The notes below the pieces were generated by a model that worked only from the letters and a program-made list of their open reading frames with translations, made no database searches and was not told the DNA's origin. A stretch of 64,000 bases of DNA from the human T2T-CHM13v2.0 reference genome, Homo sapiens, in the NCBI RefSeq assembly GCF_009914755.1, contig NC_060935.1; one strand, written 5' to 3'. Below, piece after piece: positions 1 to 16,810 of the stretch. The stretch's first letter is position 1. Every line of letters begins with the position of its first letter. The position numbers and the translations under genes are program-made.

Positions 1-434
1 AACCTTCGTTTCCTGGCCCCACCCACACCGGCTCTCACTCAAGTACTTGGTCAGCCACTGAGATTCCAAACCCTTTGGCCATTCAGAGGCTGCTGATAGG
101 TGCCACCAGGCCTGGGCTGCCAGGAGACGTAAGGATGGTCTGCAAGGCCTGCTGAACTGACACTGCCTCAGCGTGACCTTGGCTTCCGTGCACAGTGCTC
201 CCCGGGCTGCAGGCTGGCACCCTGTCTCCTCACGAGCTGCTTCCTGTCACAGCTTAAGCTTCAGCTCCTGCCAGGCCCCCCCAGCCCTTCTACTCCACTG
301 GGACAGCCCCTAGCGCCAGCTCCCGCAGCAGCCTGTGCTCGCTCCGAGACGACACAAATAACTGATGTTTATTTTTTGTTTGCGTGCTCTGCTTTCCCCA
401 TGAAGGCTGAGGAGTGGACAGGGGCTGTGTGTCA

Positions 435-785
<351 letters not shown>

Positions 786-1163
786 CTAGAGGGAAGCCAA
801 CAAGCCTTAGAGCTCTATCCCCCAACACTCCATTTCTGAGGCTGCCTCCTTTGCTTCAGCGGTAACTTCCTGTGTGCTGTTTCTGTGTTGTAAGCACAGT
901 CAAACCCTTCCTGAAAGTAGATGGGGTATAAACCACAAACAGAACAGGTTTAGAGGGAGGCCGGGTAGAGAATCTTAGTTAAGAGCAGGCTGCACGCGGG
1001 TGCTGACCAAAGACTGGTTTCTATAGAGGGAAACAGCGCAGTGCAGGTCTGCCTGTGAAGTGAGCTGGGAAGGGTCTCGGGCAATCCTGGGGCCCTGAGT
1101 GCCAGTCTCAGAGCCCCATGGCCCTGCCTGGCAATAGGCTGCTCCCCTCACCCCAGGGTCTAC

Positions 1164-1576
1164 CTTGGCCAGCCGTGCCCGCTTGATCAGGTCATTGAGC
1201 TTCCTGAGGGCGGCGTTTCGGGGCAGTGACTGGATGTCCTTGAAGAGGTCCTGCTCCTCGGCCTCAAAGAGCTTGCGGTTGTCGGGGATGAGGAGCGGGT
1301 GGGACCAGAAGGAGCCGATGTAGACCCTGACCACCTCGGGGGTGTTGATGATCTTGCCCAGGGACCACATGAGGGCCCCGTACACCCGCATCAGCTGCTG
1401 CGTCTCGATCTGGTCTGCCTTGTTCAGCACCACGCGGATCTTGTCCTCATGGTTCTTCAGAGCCTTGATCACTTCCGAGAACTCATCGGAGATGTCCAGC
1501 TTGTGGGCGTCGAAGAGCAGGATGATGCGGTCCACACGCTCCGCGAACCACTCCAGGACGGCTGCAAAGTCATAGC
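1164..1576 (-). CDS. EHD1: EHD1 coding exon 3 ([10 protein letters not shown]...LNKADQ...KRARLAK)
   Basis: Acceptor CCCCCAG|GC, donor AAG|GTAGAC; 413 nt; NKAD motif. Confidence 0.98.
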
Positions 1577-1692
1577 CTGGGGGGAAGAGAAGGGAGAGCT
1601 CAGGGGCGCCAAGGGACCTGCTGCTCTGATGGCTCTCATCTCCAACCTGGCCTGGTATTTCTCAGCCTGAGATAGTTTTTAAAATTCCTATA

Positions 1693-2442
<750 letters not shown>

Positions 2443-2806
2443 TTCCTAGGTGTTCATCTAGACAGCACAGCACCCTGAGGGCAGGATTATCTCCCCTATT
2501 CCTGCCCCCACCATAACACTCCCCAACCCATGTAGCACTTGGCATAAACAGGTGCTAATGCAAAGGTCGTCCCACAGTGCAAGCTCTAAGGTGGGTCAGA
2601 GGAGGGCGAGAGTGAGGAGGAGACCCAGCACTGTGCTCAGCACAGCACAGAGGGTAGAACATAGACTCCAGTGTTGCCACCTGCCTGCTGTATGCCCTGG
2701 GACGGTAGTGACAAGAGGCGCCTGCAAAAGTAACTGCAGCTGCTACTTTTTCAGTGCTGATGTGCCAGGCTCCCCATTTTGCAGGAATCTCACTTATTTT
2801 CTGCAA

Positions 2807-3022
2807 CAAGGGTTGGCAAACTACAGCTCAGGGATCAAACCTGGCCCACCACCTGTTTGTATAAATAAAGTTTTATTGAAACACAGCCATGCTCATTTGT
2901 ATTATCCATGGCTTCTTTTGTCTAACACAGCAGAGTTCAGTCGTTGTGACAGAAACTATAAGGTCTGCAAAGCTGGAAGTATTAACTATCCCACCCTTAC
3001 AGAAAAAGTTTGCTGACCTCTG
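2807..3022 (+). mobile_element. MER58A-like hAT DNA transposon
   Basis: GGGTTGGCAAACT...AAATAAAGTTTTATTGAAACACAGCCA...AAAAGTTTGCTGACC terminal inverted repeats. Confidence 0.8.
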
Positions 3023-3154
3023 CTCTACAAGAAGCCCAGGAAGTGCTACGAACCACTTCCCCTTCCTGGGTCTTAAACACTTCTCCAAAACAAAGTGGTT
3101 GGACTGGACAGACTCCAGCTTTAAGCTCCATATTCTTTTAAAAAAAATTTTATA

Positions 3155-3445
3155 TTCATTTTTTTAGAGACAGGGTTTTGCTCTGTCACCCAGGCTGGAG
3201 TGCAGTGGCACAATCTTCGCTCACTGCAACCTTGAACTCCTGGGCTCAAGCCATCCCCCCCACCTTAGACTCCTGAGTAGCTGGGACTACAGGCGTGTGC
3301 CACCATGTCTGGCTAATTTTTAAATTTTTATTTTGTAGAGATGGGGGTCTCACTATGTTGTCTATGCTGAACTGCTGGGCTCAGAGATTCTCCCGCCTTG
3401 GCCTCCCAAAGTGCTGGGATGACAGGCCTGAGCCACCGCGCCTGG
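3155..3445 (-). mobile_element. AluJ-like
   Basis: Alu consensus, reverse. Confidence 0.9.
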
Positions 3446-3489
3446 ATTCTAAACTCTATTCTATATTGCTTCCCACCAACCCATTATGG

Positions 3490-3855
3490 CCCAATTAAGG
3501 CCCACCAATTAAAGTGAATTCTGTCGCCTGTGGCAGAGACTGCTAATTGAAATTCCTCCTAAAGGAAGGAACCAGATATAACTATCTAGTTTCAGCTGGA
3601 TTCATGGCCTCCCAGCTTCAGACTGCATTTCCCAGCCTCCTTCAGCAGAATGAACAAGAAAAGGTGCATGAGCCCTCTGTTGTTTTCTCCCTCCTGAGGA
3701 CGGGGATGCTGATGTGATGGGAGGAGCTGGAGGAAGCACCTCGGGTTCAGAGATGAAAGCTGCATGTTCAGAATGGCCTTAGACTGTTGTTTTTCACATA
3801 AACTATTGGCTATCTGACTTAAGCCAATGATTTTTGGGTCTCTGTAACAGCGGTT
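3490..3855 (+). mobile_element. Old MLT1-type (MaLR) LTR fragment
   Basis: Ends ...TAAGCCA..TTTTGGGTCTCTGTAACAGC, typical of MLT1 3' ends. Confidence 0.45.
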
Positions 3856-3925
3856 TTGAATCCTATATGACAACTAGGCCTCTTCAACAGCAGTTTTGAA
3901 TCCTATATGACAACTAGGCCTCTTC
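3846..3925. repeat. 40-bp tandem duplication
   Basis: AACAGC(G/A)GTTTTGAATCCTATATGACAACTAGGCCTCTTC x2. Confidence 0.95.
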
Positions 3926-3940
3926 TAAATATTTCCACTT

Positions 3941-4228
<288 letters not shown>

Positions 4229-6950
4229 CTAGAATCCTTGGGGAGCTTGGGCCCCACCCCCGAGGGGCCACATCCTCTCTGCCTGATTCTGGGCAAGCCT
4301 CCACGTCCCTGGCTCAGTCTTCCCACAGGTCCCAGGCCACCCAAATGTAGGCCGGCCCTCTTCAGAAGCACCAAGTACTTCCCAGAGAGCAGTCAGGCTC
4401 CGGAAAAGAGCAGGAGAAGCCACTCCTGCACACAACAGTCTGAGAGTCGCACAGCTTGGGCCCAAACGAGTCCTCAGCCCACCACCTGCTCCTGGCATCT
4501 CCATGAAAAACACCACCCTCTTGCCAAGCTGGGGATGGAGATGGGCGCTCTCTAGACTGAGGGGGCAGAAAAACAGCAGCGAGGTGGGAGGTCCAAGGAC
4601 AAAGCGTTAAGGAAAAGCAGCAGCTGGACAGGGTCGCCCACGGTGATGGGAGGGCAGCCCTGCCGTCCCCCAGTGGGAGCTGCTGCTGACTCCTCCACTA
4701 CACGGGTTCCCCCTTGGTGGCATCCGCTGCTCCCACCCTGCAAAGCCCTCCAGGACAAAGGCAGGTCCACAGCCCAGGCTCCTGAGAGGCTGCCTCTACG
4801 CACAAGCACGCCAAGATAAATGGCACCACAGGGTGTGCGGAGTCAAGCTCGCTCATGGGATAAACACTCCTGCCGCCTGCCCCGGCCCCAGGCCCAAGCG
4901 TGCTTGGCGCCATCTGTGAGCCCAAAGCCACAGGGGCGCGGAGCCCCTCCCCACACCTGGCGCTCCCAGAAGGAACTCGGGCCACTAACTAAGATGGCTC
5001 TGCACTCCACTCCCGCCCCCTGCCACTGACTCTGTGACCTGAAGTTCTTTTCCTAACTTCTCAGTTACTTTCTCCATCTGTGAAATTTAAATACCAATTC
5101 CTCAGCCGGGCTGCAGGGAGGAGGGCGTGTGGGAGCACTGGGCCTCCAGCCCAGGACCCGACAGGGACAGCCTCCTTGGCAGGCTGGGGCAGGGGAAGCC
5201 AGGGCTCTGTGGGAACAAGGGGCCAGCGGCCTGGACCCATCACCGGTCAAGGACTTTCATCCTTGAGCAAGGTCACCAAAATGTAAGGAAAATCCCAAAT
5301 CCACAGCTTCAGCCACACAGCCTCGGCAGCCTCTCCACAGGTGATGTGCGGCCGTTCCCTGCCCCAGCTCAACAGGAAATAGGGCACTCTGACCAGAAGC
5401 AGCCCCGAGGGCCAAGCTTCTTAACAGGGTAGCAGTGCAGGGGAGCCGGGGTCCTGGCCTCCAGCCTGGACGGGGAGGCCCGATCAGCCTTCCAGAGGCT
5501 CAGGTGGATGGTCGGAGACAGCAGAGCTGCCAGGTTCCCTGTGCCCAGAAGGTGTGGAAGGGCATCGTGCCAGGGCACCTCATGCCACCACAGGCTCCTG
5601 CTTCCAAAGTACAAGGCCCCGGGCACCCGGACTCCCTGCAGCTGGCTCTGAGCTCCACAGGAGAGGATGCCCAAAGAGTGAAGTCTCGGCAGAAAACCAG
5701 AAAGAGAGGCCAAGGGCAACATGAGGGAAACAGGGGCAGGGAGAGGCCGCCTCTGCCCCCGGGGGATGAGGCCACACTAGCTAAGCCTGCAGCGCCTGCC
5801 TGGGGCCCGCAGCCCACAGCCTTTTATGGCCAGCTCTGGGAACGCAGGTCAGTACTGAAAAGGCGATGACTCAAGGACTGAGGTTCCTCGCTCAGCAAAA
5901 AGGGGGCCCAGCTTCTCCCCTTGTCAAATCATTTGTCTTCAGCCCGCCACAAGCTGAAACTAGAATTCACACAGCTGGGGAGGCTGTGATGCCAAAACCG
6001 AGTTCTTGGGAATGAGGGCGCCCTGATGGGCTGTGCTCAGCCCATGTTAGCTTTGGCCTGGGAGTCAGGACGGCGCCTGGGGAGCTGAGGTCACCCTCCC
6101 AAACTCCACCCAGCAAGGCCCCACTCCCCCCTCCCCCTGGATGGCTGGGGGGCCCTGGGGAAAGAGAGAAAAAGGAGGGGAAGGAAGAAAGAAGAGTGAG
6201 CACTCCAAAACTCCCTGCCCCAGGTCCAGAAGCCCTGCGCCACCTGCTCTGAAACCCAGTTACTGGCCGTCATCTCAAGCTGGAGTCAACAGAGGTAAGC
6301 CCATTTCTTTGCAGGTGACTAAAATTTCCTGTTTATTACAGAAAATGTGCTTTTGCTGTGAGGGAAACACAGTGACTGGCCAGCCACACCCACAGGTGAC
6401 AAAAAGGGCCACAGCACTCAGGCCTGTGCCATGCAGGCAGTGACCACGTAACTGCACGCCCCACCAGGCCCACCGGCGCTCCTTAGCCCACCAGGCCCTC
6501 GCTGCCCTCAAAGGCACCTCACTCAGCCTAAAAGACGCCGGGTTTCAAGAGGTGCCAAAGGCTACACTGCACAGCGGTAACACTGAGCCACTCTCTAGAT
6601 CAGAGCTGGACGGCCGGTATCAAGTACAGAACAGGGCTTGCCAGCACCCCCGGCACTGCCCAAGGCAACAAGCCTTCAGGCTTTGGCACCCACCAAGGTA
6701 GGGGCCTTGCTGTTAGCTTGACTAGCTCAGGCCCCAGTGGGAGTGACAGAACTGATGCCGAGCAAAAGGACACAGAAAACATGGCCCAAGCGGGTGGGCT
6801 GGAGAGAAAGGCCCACCTGCAGAGGGAGTGGTTTTAGTGAGTAAAAGCCAGAGCCCCCTCTGATAAGGGATCATAAGCCACCAGGAAGCTCTAGCTCAGA
6901 AAATCCTGGGACCTAGAAGACATGATGCTAAGTGATGAAATAAGTCTGTG

Positions 6951-8070
<1,120 letters not shown>

Positions 8071-8080
8071 AACATCCTGC

Positions 8081-9010
<930 letters not shown>

Positions 9011-9639
9011 TTAGGTGTATTTTATCACAATTTTTAAAAAGTGAAAACGAAAAGTCCTGGGGCTGTGGGATGAAAGAACAGAGTGGCTCCGGGCAACCAG
9101 GCTGAGCCAGGCATGGCACCTCAGGGTAGCGTGCACGCAGGTGCCTCTCATGGCGACCCGCGTCCCACCCAGCCTCCTCCAGGCCACTGCGGCTCTGGGG
9201 CGCCCCTCTCCAGGCGCTGGCCTTACAGGGTCTGCCTTCCTGAGAACAGCTGGACCATGTTTCCCGCCAGCACAGAAGGGGAAGAGGGAGGTTCTCAGGC
9301 CTCCCCGCCCTACCCCAGCAGCCTCCAAAACACAGGTAGTTCCAGCCGCAGGGGGAAAAGCTGCTTTATACATTCCAAAGATTTCTAGAACATGAAACAT
9401 AGAGGGTTTGTCTCCAATCGACTTTTGTTTCCTGTCATTCAAGCTGCGTGGGCTTCAGTATTTCTCGCCCTAGCTCTCCATCACACAGGTTTCCAACGCG
9501 TGCTGGGCCTCGTTCCTGGGCTTGCTCAGGCTGAAGCTCCTCCGGAAGGGTTTTCCAGTGGAGCACAGAGGCGCCTCCGTTCCTCAGCATTTACCTGAGA
9601 GCAGCAGCAGCACACGCCCACACGAACCACGTACTTGAC

Positions 9640-9960
9640 TCAAAACTGCCCCGGGTGGAACAACCCAAGCGCCCCAACAGGTGAATGGATGACAACGGAT
9701 GGTGCATCCCTATGATGGGACAAGGACCCCCAACAAAGAGGAGCGGGCCACAGGGGCTCTCAAACACACAGATGCAGCTCAGAAGCATCCTGCTAAGTGA
9801 AGGTGGAAGCAAAAGGCTTCATCCTGTATGATTCCATTTAGGTGACATTCCGGAAAAGGCAAAAGTTAGAGACAAAGGTCAGTGGGCTGCCTGGGACCAG
9901 GAGTGACTATGAGGGGCACGGGAACTTTCAGGCGATGGGAATACTCTCTGTCATGGTGGC
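9640..9960 (+). mobile_element. Old L1M fragment
   Basis: GGAACAACCCAAG..CAGGTGAATGGATGAC..TGTATGATTCCATTTA..GAAAAGGCAAAA. Confidence 0.6.
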
Positions 9961-10079
9961 GGCAGCCCAGGAATGCTTTGTACAGCAGGGCACCTGAGGA
10001 GGGTGGACTTCACTACACACAACGTAGACCCCAGCAAATCAGACAGAAGCAACAAAAGAGGGGCGGGAGGGGGCAGAGG

Positions 10080-10280
10080 AACTCTGGAATCAGGCCCACA
10101 TTTCCATCCTGAACCTTCTACTCAACAACGAGCTGTGTGACCCAGCAGGTCTCTGACCTCTCAGAGCCTCGGTTCCCAGCTTCTCAGTCTGTAACACGAA
10201 GATAGTAGGTTTCCAGCTTGGAGGGCCGCGGGAGGATGGAGTGAGCCTGGCACACTGCGAGCAGGAGTAAATGTTTGCTC
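10080..10280 (+). mobile_element. MIR fragment
   Basis: GCTGTGTGACCC..ACCTCTCAGAGCCTCGGTT core. Confidence 0.55.
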
Positions 10281-13200
10281 TTATTTACTCGCAGGATTTG
10301 TATTTTGGGCTTAAGAAGCTCAGATTCTGATGGGTGTGTAGGCAAGGACTTCAAATGCATGAAGAATGCCTCATCCCCCAAATATAAACGGAATGTTTGC
10401 AGGCGCTCGGCCAGCTGCTCCCCAGCCCACCGCCAGTGCGCAGCCTGGGGAACAGGTGCTGAGCGCGGGCAGCGCCTGGTACGCCTCCTCTGTGGCAGAG
10501 CCTGCACGCCCCCAGCAGAGGCTGAGGCCAAAAGCTGTCTTGGCATCCTGGCCTGCTGGGCCACAGAGGGAGACCACAGCCAGGTGGGGCGAGCAGAGGG
10601 TTTTGGGAGGCCTGGAGCTGGGAGCAAAGGAGGGCCTGGAACCCAACGGGAAACCCCGGCTGAGTCAGCACTTCCCCGAGGATACTCCCCAGGATGTTAC
10701 TCAGATCACCGTCTGGAAAGCCCTGGGCTTTTCAATCTCTTGACTATGAACCAGCTGACACTTGAACACTTAACTGTGCACCAGGCACTAGGGCAAGAGC
10801 TTAACATGTAAATTCTGGTAATCTACAATAACTGGAGAGGCTATGGTGTTTCCTGATGGACTGATGCAGCTCCCAGGGACTACAGCAACTCCCTAGAGCC
10901 ACCCAGCTCCCCAAGTACTAACGTGGGACTTGAACCTTCTGATCTACTTGTGCTATGGATGCTGAATCCAAGAGGGACACAGCACCTGGCCTGGCTCATG
11001 GCCTTTGGGCAGCCCCTGGGAGCATTTGATGGTCTTCGGAGCACCCTGGTGAAACCTCAGCCTGGGGGTGCTGCTGGCAGCGGCATCTCCATCTCAGGAG
11101 GTGTCGGCAGGAAGTGGGGGCGGCCCACGGCGCAGGCCTGCCTCTGGGCCGGAGGGCTCAGGACACACAGGTGGGAGTGTGGGCAGGGAGGCCCCATCCA
11201 ACCACTAAGGATCAGGACAGCTCCCAGGCTTAGAGGGAGCCTGCAGACCACCAGAGGGCAAACGAGAGCCCAGGCCACCAGGCTCCCTGGAGACCCCAAG
11301 GGATCATTTATGGCTGGGAACAGGGAACACAATACCAGCACTGCTGTTCAAAGCCCCAGACCTCAGGTCCATTTCAGGACTGGAGTCTAACCTTGGGTGG
11401 GAGAGAAACAGAGGGTGGCCTCTGTGTGTCTCAGGAGGGACACACATTACTGTGTGTCCACAGTAATGACCCAACAGGGGCAAAGGTCTGTCTGACCCAA
11501 GCTCCCGGCACTCCTTCGCCCACAGCCTTCATGCCAAGGCACCCTTCTCAGCTCCGCCGCAGTAGGAGCACAGCCCCTACCTGGGTTCAAATCCTAGCGC
11601 CGACACTTGCTGGCCTGCCTGTCATCTTAGGCCAATTACTTAACTTTCCTAAGCCTCTGCTTCCTCCTCTGAAAGGCAGGAGCTTCCTCCTAGATGCAGC
11701 TGCTGTGATAACTCAATGGAACTCACTGATGTGGCAGTGGCCAGCAGAAAGTCAGACACAAAGCTGGCCAGGTCTCTGATCTGCTACTGCAAGTAGAAAC
11801 ACTACCCTGCTGATGCTGATACAGCTTTCATGGGGAGATTGAGACACAAAAACTCCCGCTTAGTTCACAGTTGCCTAGTGACCATGGTGGGGAACGAACG
11901 AACTGGCCGGGCTGCCCACAGAGGCCCCGCCGGGGGATGACTCGGCATGAGGCACTGCCGGGACCACGCAACTGGTCGGCAGCCCCTGGAGCCAAGGGCA
12001 CCACCCCTGCCGGACCCAGCTGCCCTTTGGAATGCCCTTATCAGTCACACAGGCAGCACTCAAGAATGAACGCAGCCCCCAGAGGCCACCTTTCTCTGCT
12101 GACACAGGAGAACGGTATCTTTAAAGTCACTCAGATTAGCACACAGGCAAAGGCAGCCCAAGAGACCCCAACCCGGCCCCCTTCTCGTCCCTGAGGCAGT
12201 CCTCAGGGGTCCCTGACAGAGCCTGGCTGCATCCTGACTGCTTTGGGCCTGCACCAGCCCACCTTATCTTTTCAGACCGTGTTTCCTGCACACATTAGGA
12301 CCATGGGGAAAGGGGAAAAAAAGTCAGGAGGGGCCAGGCGGGGCCAGACGGGGTGGGAAATGGAAGTAAATGCAATTAGCAACCCCAATGTCCATCCACG
12401 GCCTCCACAAGGACATGTTTCCAGGGAACGGGCTGGCAGGCCAGGGGAGGCGTGTTGTGCTGGGGCCCTGGTGCGTGCTCTGCCGGCCCCATCTTTCCGA
12501 GAGGGAAACACCTGCTTTCCACGCCACCAGCAAAGGCAGTAGCAGGTGGCCAGCCCTGCCGGGAACGCACTGCTCCACTCCGACCTCCTCCGCTGGACAG
12601 GCCACACGGGCCTTTCCATGACTGACGGGCGGGGCCTCCAGGAAACAGAAATCCACTCCTCCTGTGTACACCTAGCGGGGCTCATCCTGGAGTTTACACC
12701 CAGCACCTCCAAGAGGTACTGAGCGATGGTCTTTCTCCTGACAATAAAACACCATCATTCAAACCCTAACCAGGTAACTTTTAGTAAAACACATCTAAAC
12801 CAAGGCCTCTAGGGCTATGGAGGAAAAGAAATGGTCTAGTAAAATCGGTTTGATCTTCTGCTACTTCACAGCAGGAAACCCCTCCTCCAATCAGCGTGAT
12901 GTGCTTCTCTTTCAGCCACCGGCTCCTTCCTGCCCATAATGGGTAGAGATGACCTTCTGTGGATATAGGGGAGCCTGGCCTCTCAGGGATGCAGAGGGGC
13001 CACACTTTGCACCTGGAGGGGAGAGGGAGGCCACACAGGCAGAGCAGGGCAGCACACTGACAGCAGCCTCATGTCCTGCTGGCTTGTTCCTCCAACCTGT
13101 TGTCTGCACAGGCAACTCCAGGGCAGGGACCACAAGGCAACACCTACGTCCACCCCTTGCTCCCAATCAAAACGCCATGCTGTGTCTGCAGATCCACTGA

Positions 13201-13360
13201 TATGGAGCATACACTTTGGTGCTTGTCCCAGAGACAGCCAGTGTAGACACCTCTGCCTGCCTCTTTCCTACCAGGGAAAGGAAGCAGAGGGAGTGGGAGG
13301 TGGGGAGGGAGCATCTCAGAGGGCAGGGGCCAAGGCAAGCAACACAAGACATACAACCCC

Positions 13361-13767
<407 letters not shown>

Positions 13768-14920
13768 TTATCCGGCATTTACTAAAACTAGGTTGGAACA
13801 ACAATAGCAGTAAGAAATAAAAATACTAGCCCTCGCTTTTTTTTTTTTTTAAAGGGGTCTCCAAATCTACTCCCTTAACTCCTAGGTGCATCACTGTCAC
13901 CAGGGGTGGGAGAATCTAACAGCTTAACTGGCAGCTCTGAAACCAGATGAGGGCCAGTGATTTCAGTACGCTCTGATGCAGTCCCACACGGGCAAGGCCC
14001 GCAAGGCTGGAAGGAAAGAGAAGCAAGGTTTCTCAGCTCCAAGAACAGAGTCCCCATGCCCTCAGAGCCCTAGCAGAGAGACATGTGCACCCCAAATCCT
14101 AGCTGCCGGCTTTGACTGCAAGGCTCACCCAGCAAAGGCCAGTCCAGAGGGTAAGGGACACGGGAAGGATCTGCAAGTTAATCATCAACAAACTTGCTCA
14201 CTTGTCCTCAACCCCTCTTTGAGTTTGATCTTATTTCATTTTCACATTTGGAGCTGTAGACTCCACTCCTCACCTGCCAGGTACCAGCCTACCCTCAAGC
14301 TCCTCCCAGAAAGCATCAGGCCCCAAAGCGCCCCACCCGTCTGTGAAAAAGGGGCAGTGACAGATGGAGGACCCAGTTCAGGCTCATCCTGAACCAGATC
14401 TTCAAAAGAGCTTGGCAGAATCTAGGCAGGAGTTTACACAATTGGAATGGGCACGGTGCACTACTGCATAGCAAGAAGGCCTCAGCCAGGGAGGCTGCTG
14501 TCAACCTCTAAGCAAATGTAAGCAAATTTCCACCAGCCCGTTTCATGAATTTCTACCAGCTTCTCCTTTTGCTTGGCTCTCTCTCAGTCCTGCTGGACGT
14601 GTGAGGAATGTATATGGCTTTGGGGGGCAAAGGCTGTTAAACACAGACTAAAGCTAATAAGCTCTGGGGACCAGGGGCTTGTTCAGAGTCAGCAATGCTT
14701 CCTGCACCCTCACAGCATGGCCCGATTCTGATCCTGTTGTTTCCAGCATGCCCCAGGGGTTCAAAAGCATGACAGCCACATAAGATTGGCTGTGGTCTCA
14801 CCATGGCTGCTCCCATTGCCTAGGCCCAGGGAGCCAAGAAAGAAAGCAGCTCCCGCCCTCTCAGTGCACAGAGCACTGTGGAGATGGGAGGCTGATGTAA
14901 AATGGGTTCTTACTCGGACA

Positions 14921-15217
<297 letters not shown>

Positions 15218-15265
15218 ACATTTTTTTTTTTAGAAAGGCTGAGACTGGAAGAAATCTCGAGGGCA

Positions 15266-15604
<339 letters not shown>

Positions 15605-15662
15605 TTAGAGAGAAGGATGTGTGACAACACCAGCAGCCCGAGCTGTGGTCACAGCTGTTTAC

Positions 15663-15760
15663 CTCTGCTGATCCGCTGCTTCTCTCCAGACAGGATCCCG
15701 GGGGTGTCGATGATGCTGATGCTGTCCAGGACGGGGTTGGGCAGCTGGGCACACATGAAC
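15663..15760 (-). CDS. EHD1: EHD1 coding exon 2 ([32 protein letters not shown])
   Basis: Acceptor TGTAG|GT, donor GAG|GTAAAC; 98 nt; DTPG motif. Confidence 0.98.
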
Positions 15761-16510
15761 CTACATGAGAGCAAGAGCCAGAAGAGAGGCGTCAAGACAC
15801 AGTCATCACTGCTCCGGACACAACAAAGGGCTCTCTGTACTCCTTCGCTCCATCTCTGGCTTCCTCTCCAGCAGCGGGGAACTGACAGGTGGTTTTCTAT
15901 CGTCTTAGTTTCCCGGGGTGGCCGGCAAATCGTATGGACTTTCTCAACTGGGAATGCAACCAGCAGGCTCAAACTGACCCAAATCAGCACTTCCTCACAC
16001 ACTTTTCCCCTAGAGTTTGAGAGGTCAACTTTCAAGCTGCTGACTTGTTAGTGAAAACTGTGCAAGCCTAGGTCACCATTCAGTTCGGAGGGGAAGCAGA
16101 AGGTCACGCTGGGGCGCTGAAATCCCATCTCAGAATCCTCCAGCACTTGGCTAAATCTCCACACTGAAGAGAGCTGGCCGCTTCCTACTGCTGCTAGGGC
16201 CAGCCCTGCCCTTTCAACCAGCCGCTTGGGTGAGGGAATTGAAATGGACGGCTGGCAAAAGCTGGGGACCACACAGGCTGGTAGACGGTGGGACGGAGAA
16301 GCACAGACGCGCCATTCTCTGAAAGTCCGAGCAGGCTGAGGAAGAACAAAGCCGTGGAGAGGCTGGCGACTTGCGGGCCAGGGCTCAGCCACGCATATCT
16401 GAGTTTCACACTAAGCTTAGAACAGCCCAGAAAGGCAAGGGGCAGTCTCAGTTGAGAGCAGGGATCCTTCACTGGACGCAGAAAAAGCTCCTTTGAAAAG
16501 TTCTCTGAAA

Positions 16511-16810
<300 letters not shown>

